Source: Escherichia phage BF15
DNA length: 64,000 bases
Sequence record: MW822007.1
Reading direction: 5' to 3' (one strand)
The notes beneath the pieces are model-generated. The model saw nothing but the letters and a program-made list of their open reading frames with translations, searched no databases and was not told the DNA's origin. A program made the translations under genes and the position numbers. This document shows, piece by piece, positions 1 to 9,617 of the stretch; the first letter of the stretch is position 1, and the number at the start of each line of letters is the position of its first letter.

Positions 1-671
1 TGCTGGAAATCAACCGTGAAGTTGTTGATTGGATTAACTACTCAGCTCAGGTTGGTAAATCTGGTATGACCCTGACTCCAGGTTCTAAAGCTGGTGTATT
101 TGACTTCCAGGATCCGATTGATATTCGTGGTGCTCGCTGGGCGGGTGAATCCTTTAAAGCTCTGTTGTTCCAGATTGACAAAGAAGCAGTTGAAATTGCT
201 CGTCAGACCGGTCGTGGTGAAGGTAACTTCATTATCGCTTCCCGTAACGTAGTTAACGTTCTGGCTTCAGTTGATACCGGCATTTCTTATGCTGCACAGG
301 GTCTGGCTACCGGCTTTAACACTGATACTACCAAGTCAGTATTTGCTGGTGTTCTGGGTGGTAAATACCGTGTATATATCGACCAGTATGCTAAACAGGA
401 TTATTTCACTGTAGGTTATAAAGGTCCGAACGAAATGGATGCTGGTATTTACTATGCTCCATATGTAGCTCTGACTCCGCTGCGTGGTTCCGATCCGAAG
501 AACTTCCAACCAGTAATGGGATTCAAAACTCGTTACGGTATCGGTATCAACCCATTTGCAGAATCCGCTGCTCAGGCTCCGGCTTCTCGCATCCAGAGCG
601 GTATGCCTTCTATTCTGAATAGCCTTGGTAAAAACGCTTACTTCCGCCGTGTATATGTTAAAGGTATCTAA
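1..671 (+). CDS. 23: major capsid protein gp23, C-terminal portion (5' end lies outside window)
   Basis: Frame open from window edge to stop at 669-671; translation resembles T4-type major head protein C-terminus; hairpin terminator follows. Confidence 0.85.
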   Translation, partial: LEINREVVDWINYSAQVGKSGMTLTPGSKAGVFDFQDPIDIRGARWAGESFKALLFQIDKEAVEIARQTGRGEGNFIIASRNVVNVLASVDTGISYAAQGLATGFNTDTTKSVFAGVLGGKYRVYIDQYAKQDYFTVGYKGPNEMDAGIYYAPYVALTPLRGSDPKNFQPVMGFKTRYGIGINPFAESAAQAPASRIQSGMPSILNSLGKNAYFRRVYVKGI

Positions 672-686
672 TCTTTGACGATTTAA

Positions 687-716
687 GGGACCTTCGGGTC
701 CCTTTAGTTGTTTTTA
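687..716 (+). terminator. rho-independent terminator after gene 23
   Basis: GGGACC-TTCG-GGTCCC hairpin followed by T-rich run. Confidence 0.6.
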
Positions 717-719
717 TGG

Positions 720-727
720 TATAAATA
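720..727 (+). promoter_or_regulatory. T4-type late promoter (TATAAATA) for gene 24
   Basis: Exact TATAAATA about 28 nt upstream of the gene 24 ATG. Confidence 0.55.
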
Positions 728-754
728 AATCATATAAACCAAAAGGAAAGCGCA

Positions 755-2038
755 ATGGCTAAAATCAACGAACTTCTGCGCGAATCAACCACAACGAATA
801 GCAACTCAATCGGTCGCCCAAATCTCGTTGCTTTGACTCGCGCTACCACTAAATTAATATATTCTGACATTGTAGCAACGCAAAGAACTAATCAACCTGT
901 TGCTGCTTTTTATGGTATTAAATACCTTAACCCAGATAACGAATTTACATTTAAAACTGGTGCTACTTACGCTGGCGAAGCTGGGTATGTAGACCGAGAA
1001 CAAATCACAGAATTAACAGAAGAGTCTAAATTAACTCTCAATAAAGGCGATTTATTCAAATATAATAATATCGTTTATAAAGTATTAGAAGATACACCAT
1101 TTGCTACCATTGAAGAAAGCGATTTAGAATTAGCTCTTCAGATTGCAATTGTTCTTTTAAAGGTTCGTCTATTTTCTGACGCAGCGTCAACGAGCAAATT
1201 TGAAAGCTCTGATAGTGAAATTGCGGATGCTAGATTCCAGATTAATAAATGGCAAACTGCAGTTAAATCTCGTAAACTTAAAACTGGCATCACAGTTGAA
1301 TTAGCACAAGATTTAGAAGCAAATGGATTCGATGCTCCTAATTTCCTGGAAGATTTGCTTGCAACTGAAATGGCGGATGAAATCAATAAAGATATTTTAC
1401 AGTCTTTGATTACAGTATCAAAACGCTATAAAGTTACAGGAATTACTGATACTGGATTCATTGATTTGAGCTATGCATCTGCACCTGAAGCTGGTCGTTC
1501 ATTATACCGAATGGTATGTGAAATGGTTTCACATATCCAAAAAGAATCAACTTATACAGCAACGTTCTGTGTTGCTTCAGCTCGTGCCGCTGCGATTCTT
1601 GCTGCATCAGGTTGGTTAAAACATAAACCAGAAGATGATAAATATCTTTCACAAAATGCCTACGGGTTCTTAGCTAATGGTTTACCGCTTTATTGCGATA
1701 CTAACAGCCCATTAGATTATGTAATCGTTGGTGTAGTAGAAAATATCGGCGAAAAAGAAATTGTTGGATCAATTTTCTATGCTCCGTATACAGAAGGTCT
1801 TGACTTAGATGACCCTGAACATGTAGGTGCATTTAAAGTTGTAGTTGATCCAGAAAGTTTGCAGCCATCTATCGGTTTATTAGTTAGATATGCTTTATCT
1901 GCAAATCCTTACACTGTAGCAAAAGATGAAAAAGAAGCAAGAATAATTGATGGTGGAGACATGGATAAAATGGCGGGTCGTTCAGATTTGTCTGTTTTAT
2001 TAGGTGTTAAGCTACCAAAAATTATCGTTGATGAATAA
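755..2038 (+). CDS. 24: head vertex protein gp24 (gp23 paralog)
   Basis: 427 aa, same length and position as T4 gp24; RBS AAGGAAA upstream. Confidence 0.9.
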   Translation: MAKINELLRESTTTNSNSIGRPNLVALTRATTKLIYSDIVATQRTNQPVAAFYGIKYLNPDNEFTFKTGATYAGEAGYVDREQITELTEESKLTLNKGDLFKYNNIVYKVLEDTPFATIEESDLELALQIAIVLLKVRLFSDAASTSKFESSDSEIADARFQINKWQTAVKSRKLKTGITVELAQDLEANGFDAPNFLEDLLATEMADEINKDILQSLITVSKRYKVTGITDTGFIDLSYASAPEAGRSLYRMVCEMVSHIQKESTYTATFCVASARAAAILAASGWLKHKPEDDKYLSQNAYGFLANGLPLYCDTNSPLDYVIVGVVENIGEKEIVGSIFYAPYTEGLDLDDPEHVGAFKVVVDPESLQPSIGLLVRYALSANPYTVAKDEKEARIIDGGDMDKMAGRSDLSVLLGVKLPKIIVDE

Positions 2039-2044
2039 AACAAA

Positions 2045-2069
2045 GGGACCTTTCGGTCCCTTTTTATTT
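2045..2069. terminator. bidirectional terminator between gene 24 and rnlB
   Basis: GGGACC-TTTC-GGTCCC hairpin with T-runs on both strands. Confidence 0.5.
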
Positions 2070-3072
2070 AACTTACCAATTCAATCCAAGCCGGACGAAG
2101 TACATCTTGTACCATTTTAACTAATTCCTTTTTAACCAAAGAAGGATTATCCGCTTGAGTTAGAGTAATACCTTCACGAGAAGTTTCTTCCAAAATATCT
2201 TGAACAGTTAGCCCCATCACCTTTCCAAAATCCTTCGGACCAATTTCGCCAATTTTAGAAATAACGTTATTTACTCGGTTCAGTGTAACGTAGCAAGCTA
2301 AAATTCCCAGCAATTTATTATCAGCTTCTGACAACTCAACTTTAGCTTTAATAGGCTTATCAGACTTTTTCTTTTCACTAAATTTAGAGTTCTTGCATTT
2401 AATAGCTACACGATTGCCATTAGGCATCCAAGAAGGATAACAAGGTTTCAATACATAGCCTTCAGCGGTAAATACTTCGCCTTTTGCTTCGGCATTCCAG
2501 ACGTATTTATTTGCATAAACTAATCCAGCATGGTCTACCGTAAAATTATAATCCTGGACTACAGAATCTAAATCATTTGGCAATTTAATAAGCTCTTCAA
2601 ATTTACCACGACCTAAAAGTGGAGCCATTTTAAATTTAAATGTATTACAGAATGATTCCATCATATAATCATCGACATAAGTCACATCACCACTTTCGGT
2701 AGTAACAATAATGTCAAATACATAAAAATCTTTATCACCATAATCGATATTCTTCTGAATGCCAGGTCCAGCAAATTCGCCAAAGACTTGATAAGATACA
2801 ACTGCCGAAGTTTCCATAATATCTTGTACTGCTTTAATGGAATCAGCGTAATTCTTTAGAATAATTTCATACCCAAAGAAATCTTCAGCAGGAAGAATCG
2901 GTCCAGTACGTTTAGCACAAGTTGCTTTATCGCGCTCAATAATCAACGAGAAATTTGTACCATGAATCTTTTCACGAGCTACCCATTCGCCGCCAGTCAA
3001 TCCTAAACTATAAAGTTTTTCAATGAATTTAAAATTGTAATGATTTTCAAGACTGCTATACTTTTTAAACAT
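2068..3072 (-). CDS. rnlB: RNA ligase 2 (Rnl2)
   Basis: 334 aa; nucleotidyltransferase motif KIHGTN near N-terminus; matches T4 Rnl2 in length and position. Confidence 0.9.
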   Translation of the reverse strand: MFKKYSSLENHYNFKFIEKLYSLGLTGGEWVAREKIHGTNFSLIIERDKATCAKRTGPILPAEDFFGYEIILKNYADSIKAVQDIMETSAVVSYQVFGEFAGPGIQKNIDYGDKDFYVFDIIVTTESGDVTYVDDYMMESFCNTFKFKMAPLLGRGKFEELIKLPNDLDSVVQDYNFTVDHAGLVYANKYVWNAEAKGEVFTAEGYVLKPCYPSWMPNGNRVAIKCKNSKFSEKKKSDKPIKAKVELSEADNKLLGILACYVTLNRVNNVISKIGEIGPKDFGKVMGLTVQDILEETSREGITLTQADNPSLVKKELVKMVQDVLRPAWIELVS

Positions 3073-3081
3073 AATTAATCC

Positions 3082-3360
3082 TCAAAATGTAATTTCTAAC
3101 CAATCACCATCACGCTGGTCACTATTGACTTTAAAGCTAAATCCTTCTTTTCTCAGCCAATCACCAATTTCTTCAGTAATCAATTTATCACGAGCAGTAC
3201 AATAATAACTAAAATATGTTTTACCTTGTTCAGCTGCTTTATTAGCAAGTTCCGAAAAATCTTTAATAAAACACTCTAGCTTAAACTGTTTGCTTTTAAG
3301 TGCTTTTTCGCGTAATTGATTAGCAAAAGATTCATTTTCATAAAGATCATACTGTTCCAT
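3082..3360 (-). CDS. hypothetical protein (position of T4 24.2)
   Basis: 92-aa ORF, tightly packed in the rnlB-hoc operon. Confidence 0.5.
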   Translation of the reverse strand: MEQYDLYENESFANQLREKALKSKQFKLECFIKDFSELANKAAEQGKTYFSYYCTARDKLITEEIGDWLRKEGFSFKVNSDQRDGDWLEITF

Positions 3361-3562
3361 TTTTCACCTTTTTATTAATATGTCTTTTTCTATAGACAAC
3401 TTTTTCTCGAGTCTCAAATTTATTCTTAGCAGTCATAGCTCGAGCCCATAATACAGCCACTTCCTTTGCCTGTAAGTTCAATTCACGAGCAATTTCAATG
3501 AATGACTTTCCAGACTCATGGAGTGTAAACACCACAACCTCAGTTCTCATAATCAATCTCAT
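3347..3562 (-). CDS. small putative helix-turn-helix protein (position of T4 24.3)
   Basis: 71-aa ORF; segment ESGKSFIEIARELNLQAKEV resembles an HTH. Confidence 0.45.
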   Translation of the reverse strand: MRLIMRTEVVVFTLHESGKSFIEIARELNLQAKEVAVLWARAMTAKNKFETREKVVYRKRHINKKVKNGTV

Positions 3563-3616
3563 GCTATCGAGTTGGTGCCATTATATACATCGTTTTCTGA
3601 TTGCGTTTTGTGTGCT

Positions 3617-3645
3617 TTCAAAATGAAGAAAGGGGCCGAAGCCCC
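3617..3645 (-). terminator. rho-independent terminator downstream of hoc
   Basis: GGGGC-TTCG-GCCCC hairpin on the minus strand followed by T-rich run. Confidence 0.55.
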
Positions 3646-3650
3646 TGAGA

Positions 3651-5069
3651 TTATGGATAGGTATAGATGATACCAGTTTCTAAAGCAGTTTTATGAATGA
3701 TGTATCCATTACGCGATTCTTGAACATCAACTTCTGGATAGTCTTTCATCATCTTCTGAAGAGTGTAACGATGCAAGTAGTATTTACTATCTGGATCTTC
3801 AGTTTTCCAATCTTTACCTTCTTCAGTCATTTTTTGGATTTCATCCATAACCCACCAACCGCACCAGATATAAGCTGAGCTACGATGTGGAAGAGGATGA
3901 ACATAAGGTAATTCACCTTCTGGTTCCGGAGCAACTTTATCAGTCACTTGAACTTGACCTGTGGCTTTAACTGTTTTACTATCATAGTCAGTTGCTGTAA
4001 CGACAGCAGTAACTTCAATAGTTTGACTTCCAATAGATGAGGTATCAACAGTATATACGTTAGTTGACCCTTCCACAGGAGAAGAATCTTTCTTCCATGA
4101 GTAAGTAATTTGTGCTGCTTCAGGTGCGCCAGTAACATTAGCAGTAAATGTAGCCGAAGCATCTTGCTGAACATTAATAGAAGGAGGAGTCAATGTAACC
4201 TGTGGATTCATTGTCTTCTTATTAACTGTCAATGATACTTCATTGGAAGTAACTTCCTTTTCATTATAATTTTCTGCAGTTACTTGGGCTACGCATTTAA
4301 TTCTTTTTACTCCACTTGTAGTTGGAGTATAGTTAAATGTAGAGTTAGTTTCTCCACCAACTTGTGAATCATCTACATACCACTGATACGTGGCAGACGC
4401 TCCATCAGGTTGAGAAGCTAAGGCAGCAGTAAATTGAACCGGGGTTCCAATTACTCCAGCAGCAGGACTAGCAGGAGTTACTGCCAAGGTAGTTGTCTGT
4501 GTCTTTTTATTAACCGTTAATGATACTTCATTGGAAGTAACTTCCTTTGCATCATAATCTGTCGCGGTTACTTGAGCTACACACTTAATTGTTTTAACTC
4601 CGCTTGTGGAAGGAGTGTAATTGAATGTAGCAGAAGTTGCTTCGCCCACAGGAGAACCGTCAACGTACCATTGATACGTAGCAGATGCGCCTGATGGCTG
4701 CGAAGCTAAGGCAGCAGTAAATTCAACGGCTGTTCCGATTACTCCTTCTGGAGGACTATTAGGAGTTATAGCTAAGGTAGTTGTTTGTGTCTTATTTTGA
4801 ACTGTGATAGTTGTACTAATTTCAGCTGTTTCAGCTTCAGAATCAGGAATAGTATTTGTTGCAACTACCTTAATAGTCTTTTGACCAGCAGGTCCTTTTA
4901 ATACATAATCAAAAGTTGCTGCTGATCCTTCTTGGGGAGCATTATCTACGCTCCAAGCATATGTAATAGTTCCACCTCCAGTTTCACCACTGGGTGTAGC
5001 AGTAAACTGCTGAGTCTGATCTATAACTCCAGTAGGTGTTTTAGGAGTTATATCAACTGTAAAAGCCAT
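3651..5069 (-). CDS. hoc: highly immunogenic outer capsid protein Hoc, extended form with an extra Ig-like domain
   Basis: 472 aa; T4-like Hoc N-terminus and C-terminal capsid-binding region; repeated Ig-like modules. Confidence 0.9.
   Translation of the reverse strand: MAFTVDITPKTPTGVIDQTQQFTATPSGETGGGTITYAWSVDNAPQEGSAATFDYVLKGPAGQKTIKVVATNTIPDSEAETAEISTTITVQNKTQTTTLAITPNSPPEGVIGTAVEFTAALASQPSGASATYQWYVDGSPVGEATSATFNYTPSTSGVKTIKCVAQVTATDYDAKEVTSNEVSLTVNKKTQTTTLAVTPASPAAGVIGTPVQFTAALASQPDGASATYQWYVDDSQVGGETNSTFNYTPTTSGVKRIKCVAQVTAENYNEKEVTSNEVSLTVNKKTMNPQVTLTPPSINVQQDASATFTANVTGAPEAAQITYSWKKDSSPVEGSTNVYTVDTSSIGSQTIEVTAVVTATDYDSKTVKATGQVQVTDKVAPEPEGELPYVHPLPHRSSAYIWCGWWVMDEIQKMTEEGKDWKTEDPDSKYYLHRYTLQKMMKDYPEVDVQESRNGYIIHKTALETGIIYTYP
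4221..4796. repeat. 288-bp tandem duplication inside hoc (two copies, about 80 percent identical)
   Basis: Unit 4509-4796 vs unit 4221-4508; encodes two consecutive 96-aa Ig-like domains starting KTQTTTLA. Confidence 0.8.
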
Positions 5070-5078
5070 AAGTTATCC

Positions 5079-5759
5079 TTATTTTAATGTTACGAAAGAA
5101 GAGTTGCGTGTTTCACGAATTAAAACTGATCCGTCACGGTTAATGTAGTAAATTAAGCTAAATAAAGTTTGGTGTGCTGACGCGTGTTCAAAACTAGTTG
5201 GGTGAGATTTCCAATCCGGAGTTTCAGCAATCCATTGATAAATCCACCAAGGAACCGTACAGAATCCTGGATTTTTTCCAATCAGCTGAAGATTTGGACT
5301 AAAGTTTTCCGGAAGAGTAAATACAGACGGCTTTTCAGATTCAATAATCTCAGCTACAGCCTGTTCGAATTTTTCTTCAACAAAAGGAGTATCTTCAATC
5401 AAAACATCGGTATTTTCAGGAATTTTATCCGTTTCTACTACTTCAATTTTAATGTCAGATTTAACCGGAGAATCAATCAGAAGTGCTGCTTCTGGATTGA
5501 CTTCTTCATCGTCATATTTTAACCCTTCTGCGGCATCAGCAGCATCGATTAAGTCTTTAATAGATAACCCATCAGTCTCTGGCATAGGTTCACTAGCGAG
5601 CTTCTGGAGGGCTTCTTCAATATCAATAACGATATTATCAAAAGATTTATTCTTTTTGACCTTTATACCAAACTGTTCAGCATATTCAGCTAATTTAGCT
5701 TTAGCTTCTTTATTATCATCAAGAGCCTTCAGCTCTGCAATATAATCTTTATCTATCAT
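5079..5759 (-). CDS. inh: inhibitor of prohead protease (Inh)
   Basis: 226 aa, same length and position as T4 Inh between hoc and uvsW. Confidence 0.75.
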   Translation of the reverse strand: MIDKDYIAELKALDDNKEAKAKLAEYAEQFGIKVKKNKSFDNIVIDIEEALQKLASEPMPETDGLSIKDLIDAADAAEGLKYDDEEVNPEAALLIDSPVKSDIKIEVVETDKIPENTDVLIEDTPFVEEKFEQAVAEIIESEKPSVFTLPENFSPNLQLIGKNPGFCTVPWWIYQWIAETPDWKSHPTSFEHASAHQTLFSLIYYINRDGSVLIRETRNSSFVTLK

Positions 5760-5772
5760 AATATTTCCTCAG

Positions 5773-5780
5773 TATAAATA
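5773..5780 (+). promoter_or_regulatory. late promoter TATAAATA upstream of uvsW
   Basis: Exact TATAAATA about 30 nt upstream of the uvsW ATG. Confidence 0.5.
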
Positions 5781-5809
5781 TAGATATATTTATTACATGG
5801 TATTTAGAC

Positions 5810-7321
5810 ATGACTGACATTAAAGTACATTTTTATGATTTTAGTCACGTGAGAATTGATTGTGAAGAAAGTACATTTCATGAACTCCGTGATTTCTTTA
5901 GCTTTGAAGCTGATGGATATCGTTTTAATCCGAAATACAAATATGGTCACTGGGATGGACGAATCCGTCTATTAGATTATAATCGCCTTCTTCCATTCGG
6001 CTTAGTTGGGCAAATTAAAAAGTTCTGTGATAACTTTGGCTATAAAGCCTGGATTGACCCGCAAATTAACGAAAAAGAAGAATTATCAAGAAAAGATTTT
6101 GATGAATGGCTTTCTAAATTAGAAATCTATTCAGGAAATAAAAGAATTGAACCACACTGGTATCAAAAAGATGCAGTGTTCGAAGGATTAGTTAATCGTC
6201 GTAGAATTCTTAATCTTCCAACATCCGCAGGTAAATCTTTAATTCAAGCTTTGCTTGCACGTTATTATTTGGAAAATTATGAAGGTAAAATTCTTATCAT
6301 TGTTCCAACAACTGCTCTGACAACTCAGATGGCTGATGACTTTGTTGACTATCGTTTATTCAGTCATGCAATGATAAAGAAAATCGGCGGCGGAGCATCA
6401 AAAGATGATAAATATAAAAATGATGCACCGGTAATTGTTGGTACATGGCAAACTGTAGTAAAACAACCAAAAGAATGGTTCTCACAGTTTGGAATGATGA
6501 TGAATGATGAATGTCATCTTGCTACAGGAAAAAGTATTTCATCTATCATATCAGGTTTAAATAACTGCATGTTCAAATTTGGTCTATCAGGTTCATTACG
6601 TGATGGCAAAGCTAATATCATGCAGTATGTTGGAATGTTTGGTGAAATATTTAAGCCAGTAACGACTTCTAAATTGATGGAAGATGGACAAGTAACTGAG
6701 TTAAAAATTAATAGTATTTTTCTTCGCTATCCCGATGAGTTCACTACTAAATTAAAGGGAAAAACTTACCAAGAAGAAATAAAAATTATTACTGGGCTCA
6801 GTAAAAGAAATAAATGGATCGCTAAATTAGCTATTAAACTTGCGCAAAAAGATGAAAACGCTTTTGTCATGTTTAAGCATGTATCACATGGTAAAGCTAT
6901 TTTCGATTTAATTAAAAATGAATACGATAAAGTTTATTACGTATCAGGGGAAGTTGATACTGAAACACGCAACGTAATGAAAACCTTAGCTGAAAATGGT
7001 AAAGGAATAATTATAGTAGCTAGTTATGGTGTATTTTCTACTGGTATTTCAGTTAAAAATCTACATCACGTTGTTTTAGCGCATGGTGTTAAATCTAAAA
7101 TTATTGTATTGCAAACAATAGGTCGCGTATTACGTAAGCATGGTTCTAAAACAATCGCAACGGTCTGGGACCTCATAGATGACGCGGGCGTAGTTTCTAA
7201 ATCAAAAACATCTTCTAAAAAATACTCGCATTTAAACTATCTTTTAAAACATGGACTTGATCGTATTCAGCGTTATGCTGATGAGAAGTTTAATTATGTG
7301 ATGAAAGAGGTTAAACTTTGA
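5810..7321 (+). CDS. uvsW: UvsW recombination/repair helicase (SF2)
   Basis: 503 aa; Walker A motif TSAGKS, DExH-like box NDECH. Confidence 0.9.
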   Translation: MTDIKVHFYDFSHVRIDCEESTFHELRDFFSFEADGYRFNPKYKYGHWDGRIRLLDYNRLLPFGLVGQIKKFCDNFGYKAWIDPQINEKEELSRKDFDEWLSKLEIYSGNKRIEPHWYQKDAVFEGLVNRRRILNLPTSAGKSLIQALLARYYLENYEGKILIIVPTTALTTQMADDFVDYRLFSHAMIKKIGGGASKDDKYKNDAPVIVGTWQTVVKQPKEWFSQFGMMMNDECHLATGKSISSIISGLNNCMFKFGLSGSLRDGKANIMQYVGMFGEIFKPVTTSKLMEDGQVTELKINSIFLRYPDEFTTKLKGKTYQEEIKIITGLSKRNKWIAKLAIKLAQKDENAFVMFKHVSHGKAIFDLIKNEYDKVYYVSGEVDTETRNVMKTLAENGKGIIIVASYGVFSTGISVKNLHHVVLAHGVKSKIIVLQTIGRVLRKHGSKTIATVWDLIDDAGVVSKSKTSSKKYSHLNYLLKHGLDRIQRYADEKFNYVMKEVKL

Positions 7322-8006
7322 ATTATAAATTAATATACGATAATTTAATTAATAGAGCCCAGAATCGGGCTCGCCTTAATGGATACACTGAAACTCATCA
7401 TATAATTCCTAGATGTATGGGCGGTACGGATGATAAGTGTAATTTGGTAGAACTAACAGCTGAAGAGCATTTTATAGCTCATAAACTTTTAGCTAAAATT
7501 CATCCAAACCATTACGGTATAATTAAAGCCGTTATATGTATGGGGATGAATTCAAAGACTCATGAAAGACACGTTAATAAATCTTACGCCTGGGAACGTC
7601 GTAAAATGGCAGAACTTCAATCAGGTGAAGGTAATCCATTTTACGGAAAACACCATACGGAAGAACATAAACAATATATGTCAAAACTCATGAAAAATCG
7701 TCCAATTACGTGGGGAAGTAAAATTAGTAAAACTAAAAGAATGAACCCAACAAAATGGACTGAAGAAGCTAAAAGATTGCATTCTATCAATCAGGTAAAA
7801 ATAATGGCATGTATGGAAGGAAACATTCCGCTAAATCTATTCAGAAAATTAAAGATAACATGCCAGATAATTCAGGAGCTAATAACCCAGCTGCTAAACC
7901 TATAGAAGTAAATGGTGTTAAGTATAAATGCATGAAAGATGCTTCTAAAGCTACTGGATTATCAATGTACAAACTAAGAATACTTAGAAAAACAGTTAAT
8001 TTATAA
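7318..8006 (+). pseudogene. HNH homing endonuclease with NUMOD-type C-terminal DNA-binding repeats, disrupted by a frameshift
   Basis: Frame 1 ORF 7318-7905 carries the HNH motif (ETHHIIPR…NLVELTAEEHFIAH) and one repeat (GEGNPFYGKHHTEEHKQYM); the next repeat and HTH tail continue in another frame (7771-8006); TTG start overlapping the uvsW stop. Confidence 0.7.
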
Positions 8007-8031
8007 GGGCTTCGGCCCTTTGGAGAAAAAG

Positions 8032-8262
8032 ATGTTACTAGAATTTAAACAATTTCTTTATGAAGCTTCTATTGATGAATTTATGGGTAAAATTGCATCA
8101 TGCCAAACATTAGAAGGTCTAGAAGAACTTGAAGCTTATTATAAGAAAAGAGTTAAAGAAACTGAATTAAAAGATACTGATGACATCTCTGTGAGAGATG
8201 CTTTGGCAGGAAAAAGAGCTGAATTAGAAGATTCAGACGATGAAGTAGAAGAAAGCTTTTAA
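8032..8262 (+). CDS. uvsW.1: UvsW.1 small acidic helical protein
   Basis: 76 aa from ATG at 8032 with GGAG RBS; the track's longer ORF uses an upstream TTG. Confidence 0.75.
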   Translation: MLLEFKQFLYEASIDEFMGKIASCQTLEGLEELEAYYKKRVKETELKDTDDISVRDALAGKRAELEDSDDEVEESF

Positions 8263-8317
8263 ATTAAAAAAGGCCCAACCAAAAAGGAAGGGCCAAAACT
8301 ATAGACTAAAGGTCACA

Positions 8318-8485
8318 CTATAGCAAAAGTTGTGTTTCATTTAATTGTTCTTCCGAACTTTCTGAAACTGGTAGTTCTTTAATGTAATTATAACAAGGCC
8401 CAGGATGTACAGGACCTTTGTCTGTTTCAACAACCAATGCAGAATCGATTGGAGTTTTACAGACAACACAAATCTTATCTGACAT
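8318..8485 (-). CDS. small Cys-containing protein (position of T4 uvsY.-2)
   Basis: 55-aa ORF translated by hand from the minus strand (MSDKICVVCKTPIDSALVVETDKGPVHPGPCYNY…); below the ORF-track size cutoff. Confidence 0.45.
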   Translation of the reverse strand: MSDKICVVCKTPIDSALVVETDKGPVHPGPCYNYIKELPVSESSEEQLNETQLLL

Positions 8486-8510
8486 GATTGTCTCCTCTAA
8501 ATTATATATC

Positions 8511-8518
8511 TATTTATA
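8511..8518 (-). promoter_or_regulatory. late promoter TATAAATA (minus strand) upstream of the small ORF at 8485
   Basis: Forward TATTTATA about 25 nt upstream of the minus-strand ATG. Confidence 0.4.
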
Positions 8519-8738
8519 TAACTCTCATATGCATATCAATGCCCATATCTTTGGAATAAAAATATTCATCAAGATATCCGGCAAATTTTCCTTTAATATA
8601 AAGTACATCTTCACCGCATGGGTGGTCAGCCAGGATACGAATATCCTGACGCTTGAGATTATACTTTTTCATTAAGAATTGAATTTCCGTTTCGAATTCT
8701 TCTTCATAATTAAAAGCATCATCAATGCTATATTTCAT
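8514..8738 (-). CDS. hypothetical protein (position of T4 uvsY.-1)
   Basis: 74-aa ORF immediately downstream of uvsY. Confidence 0.55.
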   Translation of the reverse strand: MKYSIDDAFNYEEEFETEIQFLMKKYNLKRQDIRILADHPCGEDVLYIKGKFAGYLDEYFYSKDMGIDMHMRVI

Positions 8739-9151
8739 TATTTTCCAGCCTCAAATGCTCGCATGTCTTGAATATGCTTAATAGCAAATCCACGTGATTT
8801 AATAGCATCAAGAGCTCCGCTACAGAAATCTAATAAAATTCCCCAATATTGTAATGAAGTATCAACTTTTAAAACATCCTTATCAGCTGATAGAACTGTC
8901 TTCATTTCTGATTTCTCGTAACGATCCATACTAAATTCATCACCATCTCCTCGTCCCGAGTAGTAGTCTAATTTAGCTTTAAGAGCAACTTTTTTCTGTG
9001 CATCAATTCTAAGCATTTCCTTTTTAATACTTGAATGCTTATTAAGCCATTTACTATATAACATCACATTATTAGCTGCTTCATACTGTAATTTAGTCGA
9101 ATCTATAAACACATCTTTCTTCAATTCTTCTTGAAGATCTTCTAATTTCAT
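8738..9151 (-). CDS. uvsY: UvsY recombination mediator protein
   Basis: 137 aa, same length and position as T4 UvsY. Confidence 0.9.
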   Translation of the reverse strand: MKLEDLQEELKKDVFIDSTKLQYEAANNVMLYSKWLNKHSSIKKEMLRIDAQKKVALKAKLDYYSGRGDGDEFSMDRYEKSEMKTVLSADKDVLKVDTSLQYWGILLDFCSGALDAIKSRGFAIKHIQDMRAFEAGK

Positions 9152-9218
9152 ATTGTTCTCTATTCAATTGTTATTGGATTGGACTTAGATTCATTATACC
9201 ACGTTTATACGTGAAGCA

Positions 9219-9617
9219 TTATACTCTGTTACTAGAAGCCAGTTGCAGTTTTATCTGCTCAATATCATCAGGGTTATCGATGACCGAAAAGCGTATTTCT
9301 ACTATCAGAGTATAATCATCATAAACTGGTATTACATTAACTGCTAATTTATCAATACGCGGCTCGTAGTTTCTTACTGCGCTTTCAATGTTACGCTCAA
9401 CCGTATCAGCAGTAAGAGGAGTCATATTCTCAAAAAGTTGATCAGATAAATCGCAACCAAATTCTGGGTCAAACGGTCTCGACCCTTTTCTGGTTGTAAT
9501 AATTCCCAAAAGGCTATTTTTAATTGACCTTAATCCAAGAGATCTAGAAACATCTTTGTCCCAATCCATTTTCATTTCTGGGTCAATGTCAGAATAAAGC
9601 TTATTAATATTTGCCAT
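9219..9617 (-). CDS. 25: baseplate wedge protein gp25
   Basis: 132 aa; sits in the conserved 25-26 / 51-27-28-29 divergent baseplate cluster. Confidence 0.85.
   Translation of the reverse strand: MANINKLYSDIDPEMKMDWDKDVSRSLGLRSIKNSLLGIITTRKGSRPFDPEFGCDLSDQLFENMTPLTADTVERNIESAVRNYEPRIDKLAVNVIPVYDDYTLIVEIRFSVIDNPDDIEQIKLQLASSNRV

Noticed and set aside
1138-1652. Antisense ORFs inside gene 24 (1138-1386 and 1458-1652, minus strand)
   Set aside because: Fully embedded in a well-supported structural gene with no start context; typical spurious frames in AT-rich sequence. The same applies to other embedded antisense ORFs such as 46173-46476, 52524-53435 and 41739-42218.
8263-8317. Possible bidirectional terminator between uvsW.1 and the small minus-strand ORF (GGCCC…GGGCC)
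   Set aside because: The stem is only 5 bp with a 13-nt loop and lacks a clear U-run; too weak to call.
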